Assembly: GCA_965205015.1 (NCBI GenBank)
Contig: OZ242029.1
Coordinates: 839,937 to 903,936, forward strand
Length of the DNA: 64,000 nucleotides
Source: Candidatus Poribacteria bacterium
GTDB lineage: Bacteria > Poribacteria > WGA-4E > WGA-3G
Reading direction: 5' to 3'
This document shows, in pieces, positions 28,822 through 38,487 of this stretch (the first letter of the stretch is position 1; every line of letters starts with the position of its first letter). Below the pieces are notes generated by a model. That model had not been told where the DNA came from and ran no database searches. It was given only the letters and a program-made list of their open reading frames with translations. The position numbers were made by a program, and so were the translations under genes.

Positions 28822-30368
28822 AACTTCATGAACTGCTCCGCGGACTTAACATTACCACAAGTTCTGGATCGCTGGATACTGATATTACGGGTGTTGTCAG
28901 CGACAATCGGAACGTCGAACTCGGTAATGCTTTTGTCTGTTATCAAGGCATCAACGTAGATAGCCATGATTTCATTCCAGATGCACTTCAAAAAGGAGCA
29001 GCAGTTGTCATTGGCGAAAAACCGATAACACCTATAGCGATACAAGGAACACCGACGACCTATGTGCAAGTTCCCTGCGGGCGCCGAGCCCTATCCTTGA
29101 TCGCTGCCAATTGGCACGGAAACCCCGCAAAACACCTTAAACTCATCGGTATCACAGGCACCAATGGTAAAACCTCAACGGCACACCTCATACACGCCAT
29201 ATTCAAGGCAAGCGGACAGAAAACAGCACGCATTGGAACGGTCGGCCACCAGTACACAAACGCCCAAGGCAAAGAGGAAACAGTCCCTGCCTCCCTCACA
29301 ACCCCCGATGCGCTCGCACTCCACGCACTCTTCAAACAGTTTACGCAGGACGGTATAGCGTCCGTTACGATGGAAACCTCCTCCCAAGGGTTAGCACTGC
29401 AGCGACTGGCAGGGCTTACCTTCGATACCGCTGTTTTTACCAACTTCACTCAGGACCACCTCGATTATCATCAAACGATGGAAGCATATTTAGAGGCGAA
29501 ACTGATGTTGTTCAAGCAACTCCACAAGGAAGGCATCGCGATCTTGAACGGCGACTCACCCGTAGTAGCGCGCATCGCCGATGCCTGCTCTGATGTGCGC
29601 CTTTTGACGTACGGACTCGATAAAAAAGCAGATTTACACGCCGAGGATATTAATTTTTCTCATAATCGATTGGCGTTTACAGCGGTTACGCCAGAGGGAC
29701 GCATCCCCGTTAAGTTACGACTCCTCGGAGAATACAACCTTTACAATGCCCTTGCTGCCATTGCTGTTGGACGCCGTTACGATTGTCCGATCCCAGCAAT
29801 TCAGGAAGGTCTCGCCGCGACTGTCGTTCCCGGTCGGTTTGAGCTCATTGATCAAAAACAGGATTTCGCTGTCATCGTCGACTATGCACATACACCTGAT
29901 GGCTTAGAAAATGTGCTGACTGCTGCTAAGCGCGTCGCTAAACGGAATCTCATCTGTGTTTTCGGATGCGGTGGCGATAGGGATAACGGCAAGCGTCCGA
30001 AGATGGGAAATATTTCTGCACAAATTGCGGATTATAGCGTGATTACCTCCGACAATCCGCGTACCGAGGACCCTGATGAAATCATCGCGCAAATTGTGTC
30101 AAATTTACCACATGATACCAAATATGTGTGCATTCGCGAGAGGCGCGACGCTATCCACCACGCAATCGCGACGGCAAAATCTGGTGATGTTGTTGTCATC
30201 GCAGGTAAAGGACACGAAGATTACCAGGAAATTAATGGTGAAAGATTTCCCTTCGACGATCGGGTCGTGGCTTCAGATTTTTTGGAAATGGCAATCAGCA
30301 ATCAGCAGTCAGCAAAAAATGAAAACCTCTTAACTGATGGTGAACCGATGGTTTCCGATAGCCTTTAA
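28818..30368 (+). CDS. murE: UDP-N-acetylmuramoyl-L-alanyl-D-glutamate--2,6-diaminopimelate ligase MurE, with a short repeat-encoded C-terminal extension.
   Basis: 'IGITGTNGKTSTAHL', 'DNPR' motif ('ITSDNPRTEDP'). The C-terminal tail '...FLEMAISNQQSAKNENLLTDGEPMVSDSL' is encoded by the heptamer repeat at 30291-30313. ATGA overlap with ftsI. Confidence 0.9.
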   Translation: MKLHELLRGLNITTSSGSLDTDITGVVSDNRNVELGNAFVCYQGINVDSHDFIPDALQKGAAVVIGEKPITPIAIQGTPTTYVQVPCGRRALSLIAANWHGNPAKHLKLIGITGTNGKTSTAHLIHAIFKASGQKTARIGTVGHQYTNAQGKEETVPASLTTPDALALHALFKQFTQDGIASVTMETSSQGLALQRLAGLTFDTAVFTNFTQDHLDYHQTMEAYLEAKLMLFKQLHKEGIAILNGDSPVVARIADACSDVRLLTYGLDKKADLHAEDINFSHNRLAFTAVTPEGRIPVKLRLLGEYNLYNALAAIAVGRRYDCPIPAIQEGLAATVVPGRFELIDQKQDFAVIVDYAHTPDGLENVLTAAKRVAKRNLICVFGCGGDRDNGKRPKMGNISAQIADYSVITSDNPRTEDPDEIIAQIVSNLPHDTKYVCIRERRDAIHHAIATAKSGDVVVIAGKGHEDYQEINGERFPFDDRVVASDFLEMAISNQQSAKNENLLTDGEPMVSDSL

Positions 30369-30373
30369 AAAAC

Positions 30374-31135
30374 ATGCAGAGTACGGAGATTAACGGTCTG
30401 AAAATCTCATATCAGGTTGGCGGAGAGGGCGACGTCGTTCTCCTTCTGCATGGCTGGGGTGGAGAAGCGGCGAGTTTTCAACCCGTCTTTGATTGGCTCA
30501 CACAATCCCACAAAGTCTACGCACTGGATTTGCCAGGGTTCGGTCAAAGTCAGATGCCACCTACAGCATGGAACACCTCCGATTACGCCCAGTTCGTTAT
30601 AGCGTTTCTGGAGAAGTCTGGCATTCCGAAGGCTCACTTCATCGGTCACTCCTTTGGCGGTAGAATTGCGATTATCGTATCAGCGGAATACCCTGAAAAA
30701 GTCGATAAACTTATCTTGGTTGACAGCGCGGGAATCAAACCCCCTCGCTCCGCAAGATACTATCTTCGCGTAGGTTTGGCAAAAATCGGTAAATTGCTCC
30801 GCCGATGCGGGAAATACGGTATCTTTGTCGCAGACGCGATGTCCGCACGTGCCGGCTCGAAAGATTATCAGAACGCTGGAGATATGCGTGCCACACTCGT
30901 CAAAGTCGTGAATCAAGATTTGCGCGCATTCTTGCCACGGATAATCGCACCAACCTTACTCATCTGGGGGGAAGACGACAACGATACACCCGTGGCTTTC
31001 GGACAAATTATGGAGAAAGAAATACCTGACGCCGGATTAGTCGTCCTAAAGGAAGCGGGGCATTTCTCGTACCTTGATCAATTTCCGCAGTTTTGTCGAA
31101 TCGTCGCAAGTTTTTTGAAAATCGCTGGAGAATAG
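30374..31135 (+). CDS. Alpha/beta-hydrolase fold protein inserted within the dcw cluster.
   Basis: 'VVLLLHGWGGEAASF' and the nucleophile elbow 'GHSFGG'. 253 aa. Confidence 0.75.
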   Translation: MQSTEINGLKISYQVGGEGDVVLLLHGWGGEAASFQPVFDWLTQSHKVYALDLPGFGQSQMPPTAWNTSDYAQFVIAFLEKSGIPKAHFIGHSFGGRIAIIVSAEYPEKVDKLILVDSAGIKPPRSARYYLRVGLAKIGKLLRRCGKYGIFVADAMSARAGSKDYQNAGDMRATLVKVVNQDLRAFLPRIIAPTLLIWGEDDNDTPVAFGQIMEKEIPDAGLVVLKEAGHFSYLDQFPQFCRIVASFLKIAGE

Positions 31136-31139
31136 CATT

Positions 31140-31196
31140 TTAACCATCAACTCGGGTTTCCTTTGAATATTGTATCGGAGGCGAGTTGATGGTTAA
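31140..31196. repeat. Long stem-loop (15-bp perfect stem, 27-nt loop) immediately 3' of the alpha/beta hydrolase gene.
   Basis: 'ttaaccatcaactcg' 31140-31154 pairs with 'cgagttgatggttaa' 31182-31196. Followed by a partial 'ccacacgccg' motif. Confidence 0.7.
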
Positions 31197-31312
31197 CCGC
31201 AAACCACACGCCGAGACCTGCGTCGCAATTAGCAAAGAGACTTCTATTAAACGAGAACCTTTTAACTGATGGCTTCCGACTGCTGAAAGCCATTAAAAGG
31301 AAAATTGGAAAA

Positions 31313-32968
31313 TTGGAAATGATGAGTACAGTGTTTTTCTACTTCACGCTGCTAACCTGTTTCGTAAGGGCTGTTGTCAGGACGACGCGTGGTCTCCATA
31401 TGCTCCAACTCGATGGCTATAAGACGGGTCGGTACCTGAAATGGATGCCTCAGCACTTGAAGAGTTGTTTTGAAATCAAGGAGATTCTCATTATTGGTGG
31501 GCTTCTCATCTTGACCGCGTTCTATCCACAATATAACGATACGTGGTTGTTCCCTATACTGTGTTTGGCTTGGGGCGGGTTCCAAATCTATATGAGCACA
31601 CAACGGAAAAAGGTAGAAGCCAAAAAACCACTCGTTTATACGGCACGCGCGAAACGGGTGTTCGGACTCTCAATCTGCTTGCTCATCGGTATCGCGACAA
31701 CACTCCTGCTGATAGCACAAACAAGTCCGTGGCGTATCGCGCTCTTCCTCTTTAGCGAATTAACTGTCCTTAATTTAACAATTGCGAATCTTCTTATCTA
31801 TCCTTTGGAGCGTACCATAAATGGAGCATATCTCCTTTCAGCGAAAAAGCGAATCAAGACGCTCCAACCCAAAGTTATCGGGATTACAGGAAGTTACGGC
31901 AAGACGAGCACGAAATATATTCTACATCAGATTTTGTCTCAAAAATTTAACACGTTGATGACACCCGACAGTTACAATACACCCATGGGTATCTGCAAAG
32001 TCATCCGCGGGGAACTTACCGCCGAACATGAGATATTTATTGTCGAAATGGGGGCTTATAAACGTGGCGACATCCGAGAGTTGTGTAATTTAGCATCCCC
32101 TCAAATCGGCATTCTCACCGCTGTTGGACCTCAGCACTTGGAACGATTCAAAAGTATAGAGAATATTGCCAAAACGAAATATGAGTTGATCGAGTCTCTC
32201 CCACCGGGTGGGCTCGCAGTTTTCAACTGCGACAATGAAATCTGTGCTGGACTTGCCGATAAAAGGGAGCAAACTGGAAACTCAGTGCGTCGGTACGCGA
32301 CAGAACCCTTTCCTGTAACTTCGGCTGCTGAGCGTGCTGAGTTAACCGCCACGGACATTCAACACACCGACGCAGGACTTGCTTTCAGATTACATACATC
32401 CGTCGGTACGGAAACCGAAATTCGGACCCAACTTTTGGGGAGGCATAATGTATCCAATATCCTTGCTGCAACGGCAGTTGCAATAGAATGTGGGATGACG
32501 CTTGAGGAAATTCGGGTAGCAATCGCTAATGTTGAATCCGTGCCCCACCGCTTGCAATTGACTGCCAGTGAAGGCAACGTAACCATCATTGACGATAGCT
32601 TCAACTCGAACCCAGTCGGCGCGAAAGCCGCCCTTGAAGTTCTCACGGAAATCCAAGGTGGGAAAAAAGTGTTAGTGACACCTGGAATGGTAGAACTCGG
32701 GGAAAGGGAATACGAAGAAAATAAGCGTCTCGGAGAACACGCAGCCGATGTCTGTGACCTGGTCATTTTAGTCGGACCCAAGCGGACGACTCCGATTTTA
32801 GACGGTTTGAAAGCCGTCCAATATCCGATCCAGCAAATCATTGTCGCACTCAACTTGGAAGAAGTCAAACAACATTTAGCAACACAGGTCGGAGCCGGTG
32901 ATGTCGTCCTTTTTGAAAACGACCTGCCGGATAACTACAATGAGGAACAGCAATCGGCTATCGGTTGA
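31313..32968 (+). CDS. murF: MurF-like UDP-MurNAc-tripeptide--D-Ala-D-Ala ligase, with the N-terminal substrate domain replaced by a ~180-aa polytopic membrane domain.
   Basis: Residues 1-165 have 4-5 hydrophobic helices (VFFYFTLLTCFV, ILIIGGLLILTAFY, WLFPILCLAWGGF, VFGLSICLLIGIATTLLLIA, IALFLFSELTVLNLTIANLLIY). From residue ~187 there are Mur ligase central and C-terminal domains ('VIGITGSYGKTSTK', 'NTPMGICKVI', 'EMGAYKRGDI', 'GILTAVGPQHLERFKSIENIAKTKYEL'). Position between murE and ddl. Confidence 0.7.
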   Translation: MEMMSTVFFYFTLLTCFVRAVVRTTRGLHMLQLDGYKTGRYLKWMPQHLKSCFEIKEILIIGGLLILTAFYPQYNDTWLFPILCLAWGGFQIYMSTQRKKVEAKKPLVYTARAKRVFGLSICLLIGIATTLLLIAQTSPWRIALFLFSELTVLNLTIANLLIYPLERTINGAYLLSAKKRIKTLQPKVIGITGSYGKTSTKYILHQILSQKFNTLMTPDSYNTPMGICKVIRGELTAEHEIFIVEMGAYKRGDIRELCNLASPQIGILTAVGPQHLERFKSIENIAKTKYELIESLPPGGLAVFNCDNEICAGLADKREQTGNSVRRYATEPFPVTSAAERAELTATDIQHTDAGLAFRLHTSVGTETEIRTQLLGRHNVSNILAATAVAIECGMTLEEIRVAIANVESVPHRLQLTASEGNVTIIDDSFNSNPVGAKAALEVLTEIQGGKKVLVTPGMVELGEREYEENKRLGEHAADVCDLVILVGPKRTTPILDGLKAVQYPIQQIIVALNLEEVKQHLATQVGAGDVVLFENDLPDNYNEEQQSAIG

Positions 32969-32987
32969 CAGTCTTTTTAATAATAGA

Positions 32988-33072
32988 ACTTACGCAATTT
33001 CTATGGAAGCTCTACGGTCCACACGCCACCGGCGAGGTTTCAAACCTCGCCAGCAAAGGATGCTGCGTAAGT
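32988..33072. repeat. 50-nt palindromic repeat element copy 2, enclosed by a 9-bp inverted repeat.
   Basis: Core 33013-33062 'tacggtccacacgccaccggcgaggtttcaaacctcgccagcaaaggatg'. Flanking 'acttacgca' (32988-96) pairs with 'tgcgtaagt' (33064-72). Confidence 0.8.
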
Positions 33073-33141
33073 CCTGAATAATTCGCAAAGCGTTAGATTA
33101 AGCGGTTGGTTCTCTAGCGATTTTCGTGAAGGAAAAATTAA

Positions 33142-34368
33142 ATGTCAAAATACAATGTAGCCCTTATATTTGGCGGATGCACACCTGAACATGAAGTCTC
33201 AATCGTAACTGCACACCAAGTTTGTCTCGCCCTACAGGACTTTAGTGACGGATCAGGGGGGCATCACGTTACCCCTATCTATGTCACAAAAAATGGCGAG
33301 TGGTTAACCGGCGATGCCCTTCGCGATTTGTCCACGTTTACCGACGGAAATCTGCCACATCCAACCGACTTCGACAAAGTCAGCGTTGAATTTCATCCGA
33401 ACCCGCAATTCGTTGTTACCACAAAACATTGGCTGGGTCAAAACATTCAGAAAAGAACTGTTCTTCCGGTAGATGTCGTCTTTCCAGCAATACACGGTAT
33501 GCATGGCGAAGATGGAACGCTTCAAGGTTTACTTGAACTTATGAATCTCCCCTACGTTGGTGCGCGAGTCGTCGGCTCAGCTGTCGGTATGGATAAAATC
33601 ATGATGAAGGCGATTCTCAGCGAAAATGAGCTGCCAATACTTCCCTATTTCTATTGGTCCAATTATGACTGGGAGACGCGCCGTAACGAACTTATTAAAG
33701 CGGTGGAAGCATCGCTTTCTTACCCACTGTTTGTGAAACCTGCAATGAGCGGCTCAAGTATTGGGGTCAGCCACGTTAAAAATCAAGATGAACTTTGCGC
33801 TGCTGCGGAAGTTGCCGGACATTATTCGCGCAGAATTCTCATCGAAAAGGCGGTCAAGAATCCCCTCGAAATCAACTGTGCTGTAATGGGTACGGACGAT
33901 CCCACCGCCTCTGTCTGCGAGCAACCTGTGACGCGGGAAACCAACTTTCTCAGCTTTGACGATAAATACATCCATCAAAATGGAGAATCTTCAGGAATGG
34001 CAGGTGCAGAAAGGAAAATTCCTGCACCCATTTCAGAAGAATTGACGTTACATATACAAAACCTGGCAATACAGACCTTTCAGGTTTTAGATTGCGCTGG
34101 TGTCGCACGTATCGACTTCCTCGTAGATGCAAACGAGAACGTTTATGTGAATGAAATCAACACCATTCCCGGGTCATATAGTTACTACTTGTGGACGCAT
34201 CAAGGCATTGCGTTTCCGCAACTCGTATCCGAACTCATCGATTTAGCATTTACGGCACATGCACAGAAAAATGCGCTAACCTACACATATACGACGAACC
34301 TCCTAAGCCAAGCAGGAGCGAGTTTTGCCAAATTGAAGAAGGGTGACAAGTTCGGAGACACCGCGTAA
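33142..34368 (+). CDS. ddl: D-alanine--D-alanine ligase.
   Basis: 'KYNVALIFGGCTPEHEVSIV', ATP-grasp C-terminus 'ARIDFLVDANENVYVNEINTIPG'. 408 aa, longer than typical. Confidence 0.85.
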   Translation: MSKYNVALIFGGCTPEHEVSIVTAHQVCLALQDFSDGSGGHHVTPIYVTKNGEWLTGDALRDLSTFTDGNLPHPTDFDKVSVEFHPNPQFVVTTKHWLGQNIQKRTVLPVDVVFPAIHGMHGEDGTLQGLLELMNLPYVGARVVGSAVGMDKIMMKAILSENELPILPYFYWSNYDWETRRNELIKAVEASLSYPLFVKPAMSGSSIGVSHVKNQDELCAAAEVAGHYSRRILIEKAVKNPLEINCAVMGTDDPTASVCEQPVTRETNFLSFDDKYIHQNGESSGMAGAERKIPAPISEELTLHIQNLAIQTFQVLDCAGVARIDFLVDANENVYVNEINTIPGSYSYYLWTHQGIAFPQLVSELIDLAFTAHAQKNALTYTYTTNLLSQAGASFAKLKKGDKFGDTA

Positions 34369-34464
34369 AACGGTTACCGGGTGTCAGGAGAGCGTGTGGC
34401 AGCTGCAATAGCTTTGAATACCATAAACTGCTCTTAACCGATAACTGACAACTGACAACTAAAA

Positions 34465-35568
34465 ATGTTTTACCATCTGTTCTATGAGAATCTCGTTGAA
34501 GTCTTTTCGCCATTCAACATTTTTCGCTATATCAGTATTCGAGCGATTTATGCAACGGCAACATCACTGATTATCGCGCTTGTTTTGGGACCGTTCATGA
34601 TAAATCGGCTCAAACAGCTTCGGATCGGCGAACATATACGCGCAGAGGGACCACAAGATCACCAAAGCAAAGCAGGGACGCCAACAATGGGCGGCGTGCT
34701 CATTATCGTTTCCGTCCTGATATCGGTAGTGTTCTGGTCGCGTTTGGATCAACCCTACATCTACTTGATGATTCTAACAACACTCTGGTTCGGCGGGCTC
34801 GGATTCTTAGATGATTACAGTAAATTGGTAAAACAACAATCCTTAGGACTTCGAGGTTGGCATAAAATTGGACTTCAAACAGTAGGCGCGTTAGTGATTG
34901 CGGGTTATCTTTACCAATGGGGTCCCGCGCACACTGGAGATCTAACAACACGGACATCGCTGGCTCTCCCTTTTTTCAAAGATGTCCACCCAAACTTAGG
35001 TATCCTGTTTATCCCGCTCACAACGTTGGTCATCGTTGGAACCTCTAATGCCGTCAATCTTACGGATGGAATGGATGGATTAGCAATTGGATGCACCTTG
35101 TTTGTTGCGGGAACCTTAGGCATCGTCGGGTACATGACAAGTCACAGTGAGATTGCAGCGTACCTGAACATCTTTCATCTACCCGTCGGTGGAGAAGTCA
35201 CAACAGTTTTCTGTGCAGCGTTAGTCGGGGCGGGTTTGGGATTTTTATGGTACAATGGGCATCCTGCCCAAGTCTTTATGGGAGACACCGGATCGATGGC
35301 ACTCGGTGCCACACTTGGGACGGTGGCAGTGCTTATAAAGCAGGAATTTCTACTCCTGATCGTCGGTGCCATTTTCGTCGCTGAAACATTATCGGTCATC
35401 ATCCAAGTCTGGTCATTCCGTACATTTGGTAAACGTGTGTTCAAAATGTCTCCGATCCATTATCACTTCCTGCTCTCAGGGTGGAAAGAATCCAAAGTTG
35501 TCATCCGATTTTGGATCGTTGGGCTTATTTTGGTCTTAATAGCCTTAAGCACATTGAAACTTCGGTGA
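34465..35568 (+). CDS. mraY: Phospho-N-acetylmuramoyl-pentapeptide transferase.
   Basis: Polytopic. 'AGTPTMGGVLII', 'NAVNLTDGMDGLA'. 367 aa. Confidence 0.9.
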   Translation: MFYHLFYENLVEVFSPFNIFRYISIRAIYATATSLIIALVLGPFMINRLKQLRIGEHIRAEGPQDHQSKAGTPTMGGVLIIVSVLISVVFWSRLDQPYIYLMILTTLWFGGLGFLDDYSKLVKQQSLGLRGWHKIGLQTVGALVIAGYLYQWGPAHTGDLTTRTSLALPFFKDVHPNLGILFIPLTTLVIVGTSNAVNLTDGMDGLAIGCTLFVAGTLGIVGYMTSHSEIAAYLNIFHLPVGGEVTTVFCAALVGAGLGFLWYNGHPAQVFMGDTGSMALGATLGTVAVLIKQEFLLLIVGAIFVAETLSVIIQVWSFRTFGKRVFKMSPIHYHFLLSGWKESKVVIRFWIVGLILVLIALSTLKLR

Positions 35569-35569
35569 G

Positions 35570-35593
35570 GAGAATAGCAATCAGCAATCAGCC
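35570..35593. repeat. Heptamer repeat (GAGAATAGCAATCAGCAATCAGCC) right after the mraY stop.
   Basis: Shares 'gaatagcaatcag' with 59651-59663, and 'caatcagcaatcagc' with 30291-30305. Confidence 0.6.
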
Positions 35594-35636
35594 TCAGAAA
35601 AGATACCGTCGTTAACGCGGTCTTTGCCGATGCCTG

Positions 35637-37085
35637 ATGGCTAAGAAAAAAGTGCAATTACAAGGAAAGCGGGTTACAGTTTTTGGCTTGAATCGAAGCG
35701 GGATCGCTGCGGCGAAATTACTCTATTCACAGGGTGCCGTTGTTACGCTTACAGACACGCGTTCTCGTGAAGCACTCTCTGCAGAAATTGAGGCACTCAA
35801 TGCGTCCTCAGACCCAAGCAAAGCACAGACTGTTAACGGTAGGCTTGCAGACACCTGCAGTCCGTATCGCACATATTTTAGTGGACACCCTCTGGAATGC
35901 ATCACAGATGCAGATCTTATAGTGGTCTCTCCAGGTGTACCCCTTGATATCCCGATCCTGTGCAAGGCGCGGGCGCGAAACCTCCCAATCCTCGCAGAAT
36001 TGGAGATTGCCGCGAGCGTATGTCCGGCAACTATTGTCGCCATCACTGGCACGAAAGGTAAATCAACAACGACACTCCTCACAGCTGCCATACTAAAATC
36101 CAGTGGTAGATTTCCAAACGTTCGTGTTGCTGGCAATATCGGCGTCCCATTGGCAGCAGAGGTTCAAAACCTGACACGTCGAGATATAGTCGTTGTTGAA
36201 GCAAGCAGTTTTCAGTTGGAGAGTACCGTAACGTTTCATCCGAAAGTTAGCGTTGTGCTTAATTTATCTCGCGACCATTTAGACAGACATGGAACAATGT
36301 CCTCTTATCGCGAGGCAAAACAGAAAATCTCTGACAATCAGACAACTACAGATTGGATAGTCCTCAACGCCTCAGATGCATCTGTCAAGGATTTCGCAGT
36401 ATCAACATCGGCGGAAGCGGTCTATTTCACAGATAAAGGGCTTCCCGAGAATTCGTCGTTCTCCGGAACATTTAGAGAGGGTGCGGAACTTTTCGTCCAG
36501 CGGAATGGGACACGTGAAAAAATATGTGACATCGTGGACCTTCCACTCCCAGGAGCACACAATGTACAGAACGTCCTCGCTGCTATCGCCGTAGGACGCA
36601 TCTTTGGTGTAACAGGAACAGAAATCCGAGAAGCACTTCAAGGTTTCGATCGGTCGCATCCCGCTTTATTCCATGCTTTTGAGTTGGTGCGAACCGTAGA
36701 AGGCGTTCGGTTTATAAATGACTCAAAAGCGACAAACGTGGCGGCAGTCAAAGCAGCTCTTGAATCATTAGCAGATGCTCAAGTTCTACTGATAATGGGA
36801 GGGTATGATAAAGGCAACGACTACACACCTTTGCGTGAAATTGTTCAAACGCAGGTTAAAGGGGCAATAATGCTCGGAGAGTATACCCAAGACATTGAAA
36901 AGACGCTCGCCAATACCACGAAAATAATGAAAGCGAAAACAATGGCAGAGGCTGTGCAGGTGGCATATAAACACGCGGCACCGGGCGATGTCGTGCTGCT
37001 GTCTCCGGCAAATGCCAGTTTTGACATGTATTCCGATTATAAAGCAAGAGGCACTGACTTTAAAAAAGCAGTTGATGCACTTTAA
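35637..37085 (+). CDS. murD: UDP-N-acetylmuramoylalanine--D-glutamate ligase.
   Basis: 'VAITGTKGKSTTTLL', Mur ligase domains. 482 aa. Confidence 0.85.
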   Translation: MAKKKVQLQGKRVTVFGLNRSGIAAAKLLYSQGAVVTLTDTRSREALSAEIEALNASSDPSKAQTVNGRLADTCSPYRTYFSGHPLECITDADLIVVSPGVPLDIPILCKARARNLPILAELEIAASVCPATIVAITGTKGKSTTTLLTAAILKSSGRFPNVRVAGNIGVPLAAEVQNLTRRDIVVVEASSFQLESTVTFHPKVSVVLNLSRDHLDRHGTMSSYREAKQKISDNQTTTDWIVLNASDASVKDFAVSTSAEAVYFTDKGLPENSSFSGTFREGAELFVQRNGTREKICDIVDLPLPGAHNVQNVLAAIAVGRIFGVTGTEIREALQGFDRSHPALFHAFELVRTVEGVRFINDSKATNVAAVKAALESLADAQVLLIMGGYDKGNDYTPLREIVQTQVKGAIMLGEYTQDIEKTLANTTKIMKAKTMAEAVQVAYKHAAPGDVVLLSPANASFDMYSDYKARGTDFKKAVDAL

Positions 37086-37134
37086 CCCCAAAGTCGTCGG
37101 CACACGCCGTGTGTCGTTATAACAGTATGAAAAA

Positions 37135-38403
37135 ATGGCACGCAACTACCAAAACTCTACCCATAGCAATAGGAACCGCAAATCCAAGCCTAAATCTGGG
37201 TTCAAATGGACAAACACGCGCGTCTATTCCGTTGTAGAGGAGCAGCAGAAACAAGCAGCGCCCGCTCCCCCTCCGCAAAGATTCGGGCGAATGGATAGAG
37301 GGTTGATCGCTCTTACACTCTGCCTCATCGCAATAGGCATTCTGATGGTATACAGCGCAAGCCATCTCTTATCTTCAAGACACTATGACGGTTATAGTTA
37401 CCGCTATCTACAGATACACATCGTTGCCTGTGCGATTGGCTTAGTGGGTATGTTTTTTACTTCCCATCTACCTTACAGATTTTATGCAAGGTTCGCAAAT
37501 CTCTTTTTGATACTCGCCTTTATAGGGTTATTATTGGTTTTCGTGCCAGGTTTAGGCGCAAGCGTACAAGGGGCAGAAGGCGGTAGATTTAGACGCTGGA
37601 TCCGGATTGCGAATCTACCGATCCATTTTCAGCCCGTGGAATTTGCGAAAATAGCGTTGGTTATACATGTGGCGAATTTCATCAGTCGTAACCCAGAACG
37701 GGTCAAGAGTTTTTTCAACGGGGTACTGCCGAATATCTTAATTGTAGGTGCCGCTTTTGGTCTCGTGTACATCCAACCGGATTTCGGTTCAGCGGCCCTA
37801 CTCGTTCTAACCGTCTGTATCGTGCTATTTGTCGGTGGTATGCGTATCTGGCAGGTGTTAGCACTTGGGGGGGCAGGTGTAGGGCTTTTCGGTCTGTTGA
37901 TAATTCGGGATTCCTATAAACTCAAACGGCTCATGGATTATTTGGCAATGTTGAAATCTCCGGATGCAACGAACTATCAGTTAACACGATCGCTGGACGC
38001 CCTCGAAAGTGGTGGACTGCTCGGTTTAGGGATCGATAGCAGCCTTCAGAAAATATCGCGTCTCCCCTATCCACACACAGATTTTATTTTCGCAGTGTTA
38101 GGTGAGGAATTCGGATTTATCGGGGCTGTGACTGTGACGTTTATTTTCATGCTTTTTATATGGCGAGGACTCCACATTGCCCGACACGCCAGTGATCTAT
38201 TCGCCTCTTTGCTCGCCATCGGAATTACAACACTCATCGGCTTACAGACATTCATTAACATCGGTGTTGTAACAGGTTTACTGCCGACAAAAGGGATCAC
38301 ATTGCCGTTTATCAGTTATGGGGGTTCATCAATCGTTCTGAGCTTGGTAAGCGTCGGGATCCTTTTGAATGTATCACGGAGCAGCAGTAAAAACGTAGAT
38401 TGA
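37135..38403 (+). CDS. ftsW: Peptidoglycan glycosyltransferase FtsW (SEDS family), with a ~50-aa basic N-terminal extension.
   Basis: 'MDRGLIALTLCLIAIGILMVYSAS', 'PVEFAKIALV', polytopic. 422 aa. Confidence 0.85.
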   Translation: MARNYQNSTHSNRNRKSKPKSGFKWTNTRVYSVVEEQQKQAAPAPPPQRFGRMDRGLIALTLCLIAIGILMVYSASHLLSSRHYDGYSYRYLQIHIVACAIGLVGMFFTSHLPYRFYARFANLFLILAFIGLLLVFVPGLGASVQGAEGGRFRRWIRIANLPIHFQPVEFAKIALVIHVANFISRNPERVKSFFNGVLPNILIVGAAFGLVYIQPDFGSAALLVLTVCIVLFVGGMRIWQVLALGGAGVGLFGLLIIRDSYKLKRLMDYLAMLKSPDATNYQLTRSLDALESGGLLGLGIDSSLQKISRLPYPHTDFIFAVLGEEFGFIGAVTVTFIFMLFIWRGLHIARHASDLFASLLAIGITTLIGLQTFINIGVVTGLLPTKGITLPFISYGGSSIVLSLVSVGILLNVSRSSSKNVD

Positions 38404-38422
38404 TATCAAACCGATAAAACAG

Positions 38423-38469
38423 AACACCAGGTCTGAAACGTGGTAGGGGCTGGGTAACCCAGCCCCTAC
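38423..38469. repeat. 27-nt dispersed repeat copy 2, followed by a strong hairpin in the ftsW-murG spacer.
   Basis: 'aacaccaggtctgaaacgtggtagggg' 38423-38449. Hairpin 'gtaggggctgggt..acccagcccctac' 38443-38469 (11-13 bp stem). Confidence 0.7.
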
Positions 38470-38487
38470 AGAAGGCAGCGCTACGAA

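Noticed and set aside
32359-32868. 169-aa minus-strand ORF
   Set aside because: Antisense to the murF-like gene.
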